A stretch of DNA of 64,000 bases from Planctomycetota bacterium (GCA_035627695.1 DASPLE010000112.1:5626-69625), one strand, 5' to 3'. Shown: positions 24,399 through 35,171, numbered from the stretch's first letter. Numbers and translations: made by a program. The notes: a model not told the origin generated them from the letters alone.

Positions 24399-26198
24399 AT
24401 GCCAACCACCGCCTCCAAGGCCGCCATGACCACCAAGCCCGCCGTCTCGTTCGCCCGCCGCGAAGCCGGAGGCGTCAGCGCGCCGCGCGACGTGGTCGCG
24501 GCGTTCGACGGCGCGCGGCGCTGGCTGATCATCGCGCCGCACGACGACGACGCGGTGCTGGGCATGGGCCTGGCCATCGTCGCCGCGACCACCGGCGGCG
24601 TGCAGGTCGACGTCGCCATCGTCAGCGATGGGCGGATGGGGTACGGCACCGCCGCCGAGCGCGACGGGATCGTCGCGCGCCGCGCCGTCGAGACCCGCGA
24701 CTCGCTGACCCGCGTCGGCGTGCCGGCCGAGCGCGTGCACTGGCTCGGCTTCCCCGACAGCGACCTGCCCAACCACCAGGGCGCGACCGCGGACGGCGGC
24801 ATCGCCCGCGCGCTGACCCGCGTCATGCGCCAGGTGCGCCCCGACGCCGTGTTCGCGCCGACCAACGCCGACCTGCATCCCGACCACCGCGTGGTCGCGT
24901 CGGAGACCGACATCGCCGTCTTCCACGCCGCCGGCGAGATCTGGCTCGAGCTCGGTCCGCAGCTCGAGCGCGTGCCGGCGCGCTGGGACTACGCGGTGTA
25001 CTGCCCGTTCCCCGAGCCGCCGACGCTGCTCGCGCGCGGCGACGATGCCGCCTTCGCCGCCAAGGTCGCCTCGGTCGAGGCCTATGTCAGCCAGGGCCAG
25101 ATCGCGTCGCTGATCGCCTCGATGCGCGCCGCCGGCCCGCTCGAGACCTACCTGCGCCGCACCTGGACGCCGTACCGCGCCAGCGACACCGTCGCGCTGT
25201 TCGGCGCCGCCGCGGTCGGCGACAGCGGCTGCCAGCGCGACGCGGTGCGCGCCGCGGCGTGGGTCGCGACCATGCCCGACGCGCCGTGGGCCGAACTGGT
25301 GTCGGCGCTGAAGGACCGCGCCGCGCCGCCGCTGCTGCTGGTCGGCGAGGGCTCGAGCCGCCTGTTCCCCGCGGGCTTCATGCTGTCGCTGGCCCGGCGC
25401 TGGGGCTGGCTGGATCGGATCGCCGCGGCGAGCGGCCGCATCGCGCAGACCCTCGACGCGACGAAGTGGCGCCCGCTGGCGCTGTCGAACTCCGGCCGCA
25501 CCCGCGAGGTGTACGACTTCATCAAGGCGACTCCGGGCACCAGGCCGCTGGCGCTGCTCGGGCTCGACGGCGGGCCGATCGCGCAGGCCGCGGCGGTGAA
25601 GCGCATCGTGCTCGATCAGCCCGAGGAGGCCGTCGCCGCGACGATCAGCGCGCTCGGCCAGGCGTTGATCCTGGCGCAGGGCCTGGCGAGTGCCGCCGGC
25701 AAGGCGTTCCCGCGCGCGGCGATCGCCACGGCGCTGGCGCCGCTGGTCACCGCCGAACCGCCCGACGCGGTGCGCGCGCTGCTGCCCGGCGTGAAGCGGG
25801 TGTTCTGGTGCGGCGCCGACGATGGCGTCGCCGCCGAGCTCGCGCTCAAGACCATGGAGATCACCGGGCTGGTCGGCATCGCGCCGGAGACCGGGCTGGT
25901 CCTGCACGGGCTCGAGGAGGTGCTGACCGAGAGCGACCTGGTCGTGCTGATCGATCCGCCGCGCGACGACCACGGCCCGCTGCAGAAGTACCTGATCGAC
26001 GGCACGTCGACGCGGGTCATCGCGCTGGCGAGCGCGCCCGCGGTCGGCGCGTGCTGGCTGCAGCCCGACCTCGGCGAGTGGTCGCCGCCGCTGCGCCTGG
26101 TCGCCGGCTGGCGCCTGCTCCTGTGCCTCGCCGCGGCGATCGGCCGCGATCCCGACAAGCCCGCACGCGCGCGCAAAGTCGGCAACCCCATCGTCTGA
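24399..26198 (+). CDS. Fusion protein: PIG-L/LmbE-family deacetylase plus tandem SIS (AgaS/GlmS-isomerase-like) domains
   Basis: In-frame ATG at 24399 (track ORF 24261..26198). PIG-L motifs: IIAPHDDDAVLGMG and HPDHRVVA. SIS1: LLLVGEGSSRLFP...LSNSGRTREV. SIS2: AELALKTMEITGL...LHGLEEVL. Confidence 0.8.
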   Translation: MPTTASKAAMTTKPAVSFARREAGGVSAPRDVVAAFDGARRWLIIAPHDDDAVLGMGLAIVAATTGGVQVDVAIVSDGRMGYGTAAERDGIVARRAVETRDSLTRVGVPAERVHWLGFPDSDLPNHQGATADGGIARALTRVMRQVRPDAVFAPTNADLHPDHRVVASETDIAVFHAAGEIWLELGPQLERVPARWDYAVYCPFPEPPTLLARGDDAAFAAKVASVEAYVSQGQIASLIASMRAAGPLETYLRRTWTPYRASDTVALFGAAAVGDSGCQRDAVRAAAWVATMPDAPWAELVSALKDRAAPPLLLVGEGSSRLFPAGFMLSLARRWGWLDRIAAASGRIAQTLDATKWRPLALSNSGRTREVYDFIKATPGTRPLALLGLDGGPIAQAAAVKRIVLDQPEEAVAATISALGQALILAQGLASAAGKAFPRAAIATALAPLVTAEPPDAVRALLPGVKRVFWCGADDGVAAELALKTMEITGLVGIAPETGLVLHGLEEVLTESDLVVLIDPPRDDHGPLQKYLIDGTSTRVIALASAPAVGACWLQPDLGEWSPPLRLVAGWRLLLCLAAAIGRDPDKPARARKVGNPIV

Positions 26199-26205
26199 GG
26201 ATCCC

Positions 26206-27231
26206 ATGACCCGCATCTCGTTCCTCTCGACCGCCCACATCCACGCCCAGCCCTGGATCGAATCGATCGCCAAGGCCGGCGATGGCCGACGCCTGCACCT
26301 GGTGTGGGACGACGTGCCTGAACGCGGCAGGCGTCACGCCGCGCTCGCCGGCGGCACCTTCGAGCCGAGCCTCGACAGGGTCCTCGCCGATGCCGCGACC
26401 GACGGCTTCGCCATCGCCAGCGAGAACGCGCCCAAGCAGCCGCTGCTGACGCGCGCGCTGGCGACCGGCAAGCCGGTGCTGTGCGAGAAGCCGGTCGCGC
26501 TCACCGTCGCGCAGGCCGACGAGATCGCGACGCTGATCGCGCGCCACGGCACGACCATGGTCAACGGCTACGTCTTCCCGTTCATGGGCTGCTACCAGGC
26601 GGTCATGCGCCTCGTCGCCAACCGCGCCTTCGGCCAGATCACGCACGTCTCCTTCCGCAACGCCCACGGCGGCGCGTGGTGGCGCTGGTTCGACGACGCC
26701 GCGCTGGCGTGGTTCCACGATCCGGCGAAGGCCGGCGGCGGCGGCCTGCTCGACGAGGGCACGCACGGGCTGCACCTGCTGCGCTGGCTGTTCGGGCCGG
26801 TGAAGCGCGTCTGGGCGACGCACCGCAACCTCTCGCACCAGTACCCGTCGGCCGACGACTTCGGCGTCATCCACCTCGACTTCGCGAGCGGCGTCTTCGG
26901 CACGGTCGAAGGCTCGTGGGTGCAGACCGCGGGACCGAAGGGCCTGCAGATCTGCGGCAGCGAGGCGGCGCTGAGCGCCGACAAGCCCCAGGAGTACCGC
27001 GTCCACCGCGGCAACGCGACCGTGCCGGTGAAGAACGCCGAGCCGCGTCCGAGCGAGCTCGACCGCCTGGTCGCCGCCATCCGCGGCACGCTCGACCGCG
27101 ACGAGCACCGCGTCGATCTGACCGCGGCGCTCGACGCGGCGCGGATCATGGCGGCGGCGCTGGCGAGCGCGCGCGATGGCCGCTGGATCGAGCTGGCGCC
27201 GGCTGCGGCGATCGCCGTCGCCCAGCGCTGA
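26206..27231 (+). CDS. Gfo/Idh/MocA-family oxidoreductase
   Basis: ORF-track 341 aa. GKPVLCEKPVAL. Starts 8 nt after the previous stop, with GAGGA upstream. Confidence 0.85.
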   Translation: MTRISFLSTAHIHAQPWIESIAKAGDGRRLHLVWDDVPERGRRHAALAGGTFEPSLDRVLADAATDGFAIASENAPKQPLLTRALATGKPVLCEKPVALTVAQADEIATLIARHGTTMVNGYVFPFMGCYQAVMRLVANRAFGQITHVSFRNAHGGAWWRWFDDAALAWFHDPAKAGGGGLLDEGTHGLHLLRWLFGPVKRVWATHRNLSHQYPSADDFGVIHLDFASGVFGTVEGSWVQTAGPKGLQICGSEAALSADKPQEYRVHRGNATVPVKNAEPRPSELDRLVAAIRGTLDRDEHRVDLTAALDAARIMAAALASARDGRWIELAPAAAIAVAQR

Positions 27232-27598
27232 TCGCGATCGACGGTCGCGGAGGCAGCGGGCGAGCACGGCCGCGTGTCGCGAAAACGCCCGCGGTGGCGG
27301 ATATCGCCGCTCCCGCGATGCGGCGAGCGATGCGGAATTGGACGGCGCCGCGCGCGGTCGCGACGCCGTCGCGTCAGCTACGAACACCACCGGATCGCGT
27401 GCAGGATCGCCTACACATCCGGCGATCGTCCGCGGAATCTGATAACGTCGCGCCAAGCACGTAGGATCCCGCTCGTAGCGGTTGCGGACGTTCCGCATCC
27501 CGTGGGCTGGCGGACCTGCGCTAGGCGCGGTGACGTCAGCCGCGACGCACGTTCACTGGTGGAACGCCGTCGCGCCGCCACCGCGAGGCGGTGGTGGA

Positions 27599-28387
27599 AT
27601 GGTGGTGGAATGGTGGCTGGGAGCGCTGCTGGTCGGCGCCGTGCCGGGGACACCCGAGCCGGTGAAGCCGGTCGCCGGGCTCCCCGAACTCGCCGGCCGG
27701 TTCTACGACGACGATCTGGGCTACCGCCCCGACCGCCCGCACTACCGCACGTGGCAGCTGACCGCCGCCCTGAAGATCGACCGCGTCGTCATCACGCTCG
27801 ACCATACGACGCTCGACGGACCGGTGGTCGATCGGCGCATCGATGTGCTCTCCGGATCGCTGGCGTGGACCGACGCGCTGGATCTCGGCGGTGATGACGG
27901 CGCCTGGTATTGCGCCGGCGCCGGCGGGCGCGGGCGCGGGAACTACGAAGGCGGCTGGATCCAGCGCCGCGGCCACCAGCTGCTGCACGACAACTACACC
28001 GCCACGCCGTACGAGGACGACACCTCGGTCGATGGCTACGCCTTCCTGAACGCCGGCTGGCTGGCGTGGACACCGTCGTGGACCAGCGCACGCCTGCGCG
28101 CCGGCATCGAGCTCACCGCCAGCGGCGAGGCGGTGACCGACGGCCAGCTCCAGTCGGCGCTCAAGCTGCGGGCGATCGGCGCCATCGGCCCGGTGTCGGC
28201 GTGGCTGGGCATGGTCGACAACCGCCATGGCGGCGACAGCGACAGCGATGCGGAGCAGGAAGTCCTCGAGCACGAGGAGGGCCTGATGTGGATCGGCGGC
28301 TTCTCGGCGTGGTGGTTCAGCTACGCGCTGGTGTGGCTGCCCGACGCCGAGGTCGCCGGCGCCGTCAGCGCCGAGTTCGGATTCTGA
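27599..28387 (+). CDS. Hypothetical protein, possibly an outer-membrane beta-barrel (C-terminal ...SAEFGF)
   Basis: In-frame ATG at 27599 in track ORF 27482..28387. High third-position GC, aromatic-rich alternating segments and a terminal Phe. No family recognised. Confidence 0.55.
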   Translation: MVVEWWLGALLVGAVPGTPEPVKPVAGLPELAGRFYDDDLGYRPDRPHYRTWQLTAALKIDRVVITLDHTTLDGPVVDRRIDVLSGSLAWTDALDLGGDDGAWYCAGAGGRGRGNYEGGWIQRRGHQLLHDNYTATPYEDDTSVDGYAFLNAGWLAWTPSWTSARLRAGIELTASGEAVTDGQLQSALKLRAIGAIGPVSAWLGMVDNRHGGDSDSDAEQEVLEHEEGLMWIGGFSAWWFSYALVWLPDAEVAGAVSAEFGF

Positions 28388-28417
28388 GGCGGCATCGGCG
28401 ATCGCGCCTCGCGCGCA

Positions 28418-28897
28418 TCACCACCAGCTGACGAGATCGAGCAGCCCGCAGGCGAGGTCGAAAGCCCACGCACCCGACTCGTTCTCGTGCGCCGGCGGCA
28501 TCGCGCGCCGACCGGGAACCGCCATCCGCGCCTGCGACAGCGGCCGACGCGGCATCAGCGCGATCTCGTCGCGATCGAACCAGATCACGTGGCAGCGGCG
28601 GCAGCACTCGATCTCGACCCCGCTGACCGGACGCACGGCGCGCATCGGCAGGCGGCAGATCGCGCACGCGCGCCGCGACGGGAGATCGGCATGTGCCCAG
28701 GCGGCGCGCATGGCCGCCTCCGAGCAGTGGCGACGCAGGATCGCGATGCCGACGAGCACGCCGTGACAGGCCTCGCAATGGTGGACGACGCCACGCCAAC
28801 CGCTGGCGCCGGCGACTCCGCCCTCGGGCAGGAACCTTTCGCGAGCGGTCGATCGCAGTCCGGGCAAAGCGGATCGTGCATCGCCCGAGTCTACCAC
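28418..28897 (-). CDS. Zinc-ribbon protein (zf-TFIIB-like, PF13453-type)
   Basis: ORF-track 159 aa (GTG start). CAICRLPMRAV...VEIECCRRCHVIWFDRDEI gives a CxxC...CxxC plus W-F-D-x-x-E pattern. A weaker first copy is HHCEACHGVLV. Confidence 0.55.
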   Translation of the reverse strand: MVDSGDARSALPGLRSTARERFLPEGGVAGASGWRGVVHHCEACHGVLVGIAILRRHCSEAAMRAAWAHADLPSRRACAICRLPMRAVRPVSGVEIECCRRCHVIWFDRDEIALMPRRPLSQARMAVPGRRAMPPAHENESGAWAFDLACGLLDLVSWW

Positions 28898-29184
28898 GGT
28901 CGCGGCCGTTCACCCTGGTCGCGGAGCAGCCGCGCTGGGCAGGACGTCGGCGCCTGCCCCCCGCCGGCGCGCGTCAGCGACCGAACCGGATGCGCATGCG
29001 CGGCGGGCGCCGCCGCGCGGACGCGCGCCGGCAGATGATCGGCCGCCACTCCGGAGCCGGTCCCCACCACGGCTCGCGCATCGCACGCGACACGCGTCGC
29101 ACGCCGATGCGGCGTACGGAGCGGCGGGCGTTGGACGGACGGCGGGTGGCGCGGGTGCGCATGGGACACCTCGGAGGTGAGGAC

Positions 29185-29315
29185 GTCGCGACCGCGCTGT
29201 CGTTGCGCGTGGGCGCCGGTCTGCCGGTCGCCTGGTCGTACGTCGGATGGAGATGGAGGGATGTCGACCGCGCTGGCGTTGCGCATGGACGCCGGAGCTG
29301 CCGGTCGCCTGGTCG
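29185..29315. repeat. Imperfect tandem duplication, two units of about 53 nt with a period of about 78 nt
   Basis: Unit 1 (29185-29238): gtcgcgaccgcgctgtcgttgcgcgtgggcgccggtctgccggtcgcctggtcg. Unit 2 (29263-29315): gtcgaccgcgctggcgttgcgcatggacgccggagctgccggtcgcctggtcg. The units differ by indels that break any common reading frame. Confidence 0.7.
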
Positions 29316-29482
29316 GATCCACGAAGAACAACGGAGCTGGCCCGGTCAGCGGACCTTCGGCCGCGGAGCCGTCGCGAGGACGGATCGGCGGGCCTATGCA
29401 TCGGTGCGGGCGGACGCGGTTTCCCGCGTCGTGTCACCCTCCCTACAACTCCGAAAAGAAAGAACGGTGTGTGCCCGCGTCG

Positions 29483-29520
29483 CGAAAACGAAGGAACCCC
29501 GGCTGGTCGGCCGGGGTTCC
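29483..29520 (-). terminator. Rho-independent terminator (minus strand), copy 2 of a near-identical pair
   Basis: On the minus strand: GGAACCCCGGC-cgacca-GCCGGGGTTCC followed by TTCGTTTTCG. Confidence 0.6.
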
Positions 29521-29684
29521 TGGGAAGTCGCGATCGCGGATGGATCAGGACCCGGAACCCCCGGCATGCCACGACATGCGCGAGCGCGTGGCGGCGTCGG
29601 CGAGGCTGGCTTTGGCAGCGGCGCGATGGGTGGCGATGGTCATGCGGCTCTCGTTGGATGACTCGGAAGCGACTCGGACGACTC

Positions 29685-29721
29685 GGAAACGAAGAACCCC
29701 CGGCGCTCGGGCCGGGGGTTC
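29685..29721 (-). terminator. Rho-independent terminator (minus strand), copy 1 of a near-identical pair
   Basis: On the minus strand: GAACCCCCGGC-ccgagc-GCCGGGGGTTC followed by TTCGTTTCC. It shares the stem core and trailing TTCGTTT with the hairpin at 29483-29520. Confidence 0.6.
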
Positions 29722-29922
29722 GTGAGGGATCGGTTGCGACCGACGATCACGAACGCCCTGGCGGGGCCGACTGGGCAGAACCCACGGTCGCTTTCACGAC
29801 CGACGGCTTGCGCATCGAACGATGCCAGCAGGTGATGACGGTGGCGGCCATGCGCGTGGTTCTACCTGGCTTGGAGATGACGTCAACCGTGGCATTTACC
29901 GTGCGATCAGCATCGCGCCCGA

Positions 29923-29990
29923 TTCGAGCGACCGCTTCGAGCTTCGAGCTTCTAGCTTCGAGCTTCGAGCTTCGAGCTTCGAGCTTCGAC
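29923..29990 (-). repeat. Heptamer microsatellite, about 9 units of GCTCGAA as read on the minus strand
   Basis: The + strand reads ttcgagc gaccgc (ttcgagc)x2 ttctagc (ttcgagc)x4 ttcgac. This is the reverse complement of the unit at 40287 and 54172. Confidence 0.9.
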
Positions 29991-30091
29991 GACGTCGGCC
30001 GCGGCCTGGACCGCGTCAGCCCACGCCTCGGCACTGATCGGCAACCGCGCCCGCCGATTGACCGCGCGCGCCGGCTTCGACATTGCCGCGC

Positions 30092-30387
30092 ATGAAGAAC
30101 GCCTGCGTCTGCGCCATCCTCGTCGCGATCGCCATCGTCGCCGGATGCGATCGCCGCGACAACGCCACGACCACCCCCGACCGACGCGGCCATGCGTTCG
30201 GCGAACGCGGGACGCCGCCGGGCGAAGCGACGCCGGGCGCCGACGAGACCTACTACACCGTCCAGCCCGGCGACACGCTGACGTCGATCGCCAAGGCGCA
30301 CGGCGTGCCGCTCGAGGTCCTGATCCGGCGCAACAACATCTCCGGCGATGCGGTGCCGGCGCGGCTGGTCGTGCCGGCGAAGCCGCG

Positions 30388-30391
<4 letters not shown>
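30092..30391 (+). CDS. LysM-domain lipoprotein
   Basis: ATG at 30092 within track ORF 30083..30391. Lipobox AIVAGC. LysM motif YTVQPGDTLTSIAKAHGVPLEVLIRRNNI. Confidence 0.75.
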
Positions 30392-31518
<1,127 letters not shown>

Positions 31519-31661
31519 GGTCCTACGCTCGCGCCGGCCGGAGCCCGCTCAACGGGTCGGGCTCGACGCCCCGTGACCGCCCCTGGGCGCTGCCGATGCT
31601 GGCGGTGAAACCAGCATCCGTCGACCGACCTCGTCCGTAGCATCCACCAGCGAGACACCCC

Positions 31662-32042
31662 ATGAACCGCATCATCGCCGCCGCCCTGCTAATCGCCTGC
31701 ATCACCGGCGCCGTCCAGGCCGCGGATGCCACGCACGTCACCACCCAGGCCGAGCTCGACGCGATCCTCGCCGCCAACGAGGGCACCGTGCTGCTCGACT
31801 TCCATGCTTCGTGGTGCGGGCCGTGCAAGATGCTGGCCAAGGAGATCGAAACCGTGACGACCGCGCACCCGGACGAGGTCACGGTCGTCAAGGTCGACAT
31901 CGACAAGGCCGAGGCCCTGGCGACCGCCTACAAGGTGTCGTCGATCCCGCACCTCGTGCTGTTCAAGGGCGGCAAGCAGACGGACAGCGCGGTCGGCTAC
32001 ATGAAGGCGCCCGAGCTGACCACGTGGCTCGGCCTGAAGTGA
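31662..32042 (+). CDS. Thioredoxin with N-terminal signal peptide (exported)
   Basis: ORF-track 126 aa. MNRIIAAALLIACITGAVQA signal sequence and active site WCGPC. Confidence 0.9.
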   Translation: MNRIIAAALLIACITGAVQAADATHVTTQAELDAILAANEGTVLLDFHASWCGPCKMLAKEIETVTTAHPDEVTVVKVDIDKAEALATAYKVSSIPHLVLFKGGKQTDSAVGYMKAPELTTWLGLK

Positions 32043-32088
32043 CACGAGGCGGTTGATCCCGCGGCGATGGCGCGTCGGATGCGTCGCC

Positions 32089-32880
32089 ATGTCGACCAGC
32101 CCCCTGCCGTGGTTCCACGGGCCGCGTGAACGCAGCCTCGCCATCGCGCTCGCGACCGGCCTCGCCGCCCTGCTGATCGTCGTCGCGTTCCTGCCGCGCC
32201 TGCCGCAGGACGAGGACTACCACCGCTTCGCCGACTGCCGCTGCTGGCTGGGCGTGTCCAACACCGCCGATGTGCTGTCGAACGCGCCGTTCGCGCTCGT
32301 CGGCATCGTCGGCCTGTGGCTGGCGGCGCGGCGGCGCACGCCCGAGCGTGCCGCGTGGCTGACGTTCTTCGTCGCGGTCGCGGCGACCGCCATCGGCTCC
32401 GGCTACTACCACCTCGCGCCCGACACGCCGCGGCTGTTCTGGGATCGCCTGCCGATGACCGTCGCGTTCATGGCGCTGACCGCGGCCATCGCCGGCGCGC
32501 GGCTGGGTCCGCGCCTGGGACGCTGGCTGCTCGCGCCGCTGGTCGTCGCCGGCGCCGCCAGCGCGGTGTACTGGCGGCAGAGCGAACTGGCCGGCGCCGG
32601 CGATCTGCGCTGGTACGCGATGGTCCAGTTCGCGCCGATGCTGGCGATCCCGCTGGTCATTGCGCTGACGCCGCGGCGTGACGTCGCGGGACGCGACATC
32701 GCCATGGTCATCGCGCTCTACGCGCTGTCGAAGCTGCTCGAGTGGCTCGACGCGCCCGTGCTCGAGCTGATCGGCGTCTCGGGCCACACGCTCAAGCACC
32801 TCGCGGCCGCGGCGGCGACGGGCTGGGTCGCGTGGATGCTGCGTCGACCAGCCGGGGGCGATGTCGTCACCCGCGGGTGA
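32089..32880 (+). CDS. Alkaline-ceramidase-family (PF05875-like) polytopic membrane protein
   Basis: In-frame ATG at 32089 in track ORF 32053..32880. About 7 hydrophobic segments. His motifs GSGYYHLAP, WDRLPM and GHTLKHL (HxxxH). Confidence 0.6.
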   Translation: MSTSPLPWFHGPRERSLAIALATGLAALLIVVAFLPRLPQDEDYHRFADCRCWLGVSNTADVLSNAPFALVGIVGLWLAARRRTPERAAWLTFFVAVAATAIGSGYYHLAPDTPRLFWDRLPMTVAFMALTAAIAGARLGPRLGRWLLAPLVVAGAASAVYWRQSELAGAGDLRWYAMVQFAPMLAIPLVIALTPRRDVAGRDIAMVIALYALSKLLEWLDAPVLELIGVSGHTLKHLAAAAATGWVAWMLRRPAGGDVVTRG

Positions 32881-33038
32881 TCCCGCCGGGCTGCCGCCAC
32901 GCACGGATCGGCACGAGCATTCCGGCGGCGGAGCGCTCACTCGGCCACGAGCCGTGGCGCCGCGCTGATCCAGCGCATCTGGAACCGCGAGACGCTGGGC
33001 GAGACCCTGCTGCGCTTCGCCGTCCGGCCGGTGCGCTA

Positions 33039-34958
33039 TCAGGCCGCGATCAGCGCGTCGAGGTCGCCTCGCGCCAGGGTCTCGCGCTCGAGCAGCGCCC
33101 GCGCGATGCGCTCGAGCGCCGCCCGCCGCTGATCCAGGATGCCGAGCGCGCGCTTGGCCTGGCCCTCGACCAGGGCCTTGAGCTCGTCATCGATCGCCTG
33201 CGCGGTGGTCTCGCTGTACGTGCGCTGCTCGTCGCCCTCGACGGCGAGGAAGCGCAGCGGGCTACTGCGTCCGTAGGTCACCGCGCCGAGCCGCTCGTTC
33301 ATGCCGTAGCGGGTGATCATCTGCCGCGCCAATGCCGTGACGCGCTCGAGGTCGTTGGCGGCGCCGGTCGAAAGGTCGCCCATGATCAGCAGCTCGGCGG
33401 CGCGCCCGCTCAGCATCACGCAGATCCGGTCGGCGAGCTCGTCGCGCGTCATCAGGTAGCGCTCCTCGGTCGGCAGCTGCAGGGTCGCGCCGAGCGCGCC
33501 GATCGAGCGCGGGATGATGGTCACGCGGTGGACGGGGTCCGCGCGCGGCACCGAGAGCGCGCAGAGCGCGTGCCCGGCCTCGTGGTACGCGACGCGGCGC
33601 TTCTCGTCGGCGTTCATGATGCTGCCGCGCTTCTTCAGGCCGAGCTGCATGCGGTCGATGGCCTCCTCGAAGTCGTGCATCGCGACCACCGCGGAGCGGC
33701 TGCGCGCGGCGCAGATCGCGGCCTCGTTGACGACGTTGGCCAGATCGGCGCCGACCATGCCCGGGGTGCGTTGCGCGACCTGGCGCAGATCGAGCCCGTC
33801 TGCGACCTTCACCTTGCGCGCATGGACGCGCAGGATCGCCTCGCGGCCGTTCAGGTCCGGCCGGTCGACCAGGACCTGGCGATCGAAGCGGCCGGCGCGC
33901 AGCAGCGCCGGATCGAGCACCTCGGGCCGGTTGGTCGCCGACATGATGATGACGCCGACCCCGGCCTCGAATCCGTCCATCTCGACCAGCAGCTGGTTGA
34001 GGGTCTGCTCGCGCTCGTCGTGCGTCGCCATCGCGCCGATGCCGCCGCGCGCGCGGCCGATCGCGTCGAGCTCGTCGATGAAGACGATGCACGGGGCGCG
34101 CTCCTTCGCCTGGGTGAACAGGTCGCGCATGCGCGCCGCGCCGACGCCAACGAACATCTCGACGAAGTCCGACCCGGACAGCGAGAAGAACGGCACCTCG
34201 GCCTCGCCGGCGACGGCCCGCGCGAGCAGCGTCTTGCCCGTGCCCGGCGGACCGACCAGCAGCACGCCGCGCGGGATGCGCGCGCCCAGGGCGCGGTAGC
34301 GCGCCGAGTCGCGGAGGAAGTCGACGACCTCGATCAGCTCCGCCTCGGCCTCGTCGACGCCGGCGACGTCGGCGAAGGTCACGCGCTCCGCCTGGTTGCG
34401 ATCGTAGATCTTCGCGCGGGTGCGCCCGAAGCTGAGCGGCCCGCCGCGGCCGGCGGCCCGCCTGGCCATGAACCACCACAGGCCGCCGATCAGCGCCAGC
34501 GGGATCAGCCACGACAGCACGAGGTTCCAGACCATCGTCGTGTCGATCTCGCCGACGACGGCGACGCCATGCGCGAGGAGCTCGTCGTGCAGCGCCTTGT
34601 CGTCGACGCCCGGCAGCCGGTGGGCGACGATCGGCCGCTCGGCCGCCGGCGGCGCGGGCGCGCCCCCTGCCGGTGGCGGCGTGACCGGCGCCGGCTGATC
34701 CGTCGGTGGCGTCGCCGGCGCGGCCGGCTTGAACGTCGCCGTCACCTGCGTCGGCGACACCGCCACGCGTTCGAGCCGGTCCTGCCGCAGCAGGGCGATG
34801 AACTCGCTGTACGGCACGCGCCGCGGACCGTACGCCGGACCGAGCAGGCCCTGCATGAGCACGATCAGCGCGAGCGAGGCGATGACGAACAGCCAGCGTC
34901 TTCGCCAGCCGTCCGTCGGACGCGGTCGCGGCGGCTGCTCGGACGTGCCCACGCTCAT
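33039..34958 (-). CDS. ftsH: ATP-dependent zinc metalloprotease FtsH
   Basis: Track ORF 33039..35018, start taken at ATG 34958. [27 protein letters not shown], Zn site HEAGHAL, N-terminal TM. Confidence 0.95.
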   Translation of the reverse strand: MSVGTSEQPPRPRPTDGWRRRWLFVIASLALIVLMQGLLGPAYGPRRVPYSEFIALLRQDRLERVAVSPTQVTATFKPAAPATPPTDQPAPVTPPPAGGAPAPPAAERPIVAHRLPGVDDKALHDELLAHGVAVVGEIDTTMVWNLVLSWLIPLALIGGLWWFMARRAAGRGGPLSFGRTRAKIYDRNQAERVTFADVAGVDEAEAELIEVVDFLRDSARYRALGARIPRGVLLVGPPGTGKTLLARAVAGEAEVPFFSLSGSDFVEMFVGVGAARMRDLFTQAKERAPCIVFIDELDAIGRARGGIGAMATHDEREQTLNQLLVEMDGFEAGVGVIIMSATNRPEVLDPALLRAGRFDRQVLVDRPDLNGREAILRVHARKVKVADGLDLRQVAQRTPGMVGADLANVVNEAAICAARSRSAVVAMHDFEEAIDRMQLGLKKRGSIMNADEKRRVAYHEAGHALCALSVPRADPVHRVTIIPRSIGALGATLQLPTEERYLMTRDELADRICVMLSGRAAELLIMGDLSTGAANDLERVTALARQMITRYGMNERLGAVTYGRSSPLRFLAVEGDEQRTYSETTAQAIDDELKALVEGQAKRALGILDQRRAALERIARALLERETLARGDLDALIAA

Positions 34959-35171
34959 GCCCGCGGATGCTAGGTCGACATGACCGCGTCGATCCGCGGC
35001 GCAGGGCACATTGCACATCGCGCCCCGCGTGCCGCGCCCTCGCGCCGTCGGACGAGATCCCGACCGTGTCGAACTTCGAGCCGGCGCGATGGCGGCATCC
35101 GAGCCGCGTGTTTACAAGCCTGGCCCTCGAGCCGACCGGCTCGCCGACACCGCCAACGAGGAACACCATCC

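Noticed and set aside
28693-29725. Track ORFs 28693-29661(+), 29177-29725(+), 28910-29572(-) and 29247-30095(+) as real proteins.
   Set aside because: They are Arg-rich and motif-free, with lower third-position GC than neighbouring genes. They cross two terminator hairpins. The internal 78-nt duplication differs by frame-breaking indels.
29923-29990. Possible CRISPR array or coding repeat (the track shows ASSFELR repeats in several ORFs).
   Set aside because: The 7-nt units are contiguous with no spacers and there are no cas genes. A 7-nt period cannot maintain one reading frame, and the same array translates in all frames. It is a non-coding microsatellite.
34959-35171. CIRCE/HrcA operator or sigma32 promoter in the ftsH-hsp20 intergenic region.
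   Set aside because: There is no inverted repeat resembling TTAGCACTC-N9-GAGTGCTAA, and no CTTGAA...CCCCAT pair. Only a lone TTTACA hexamer is present, which is too weak to call.
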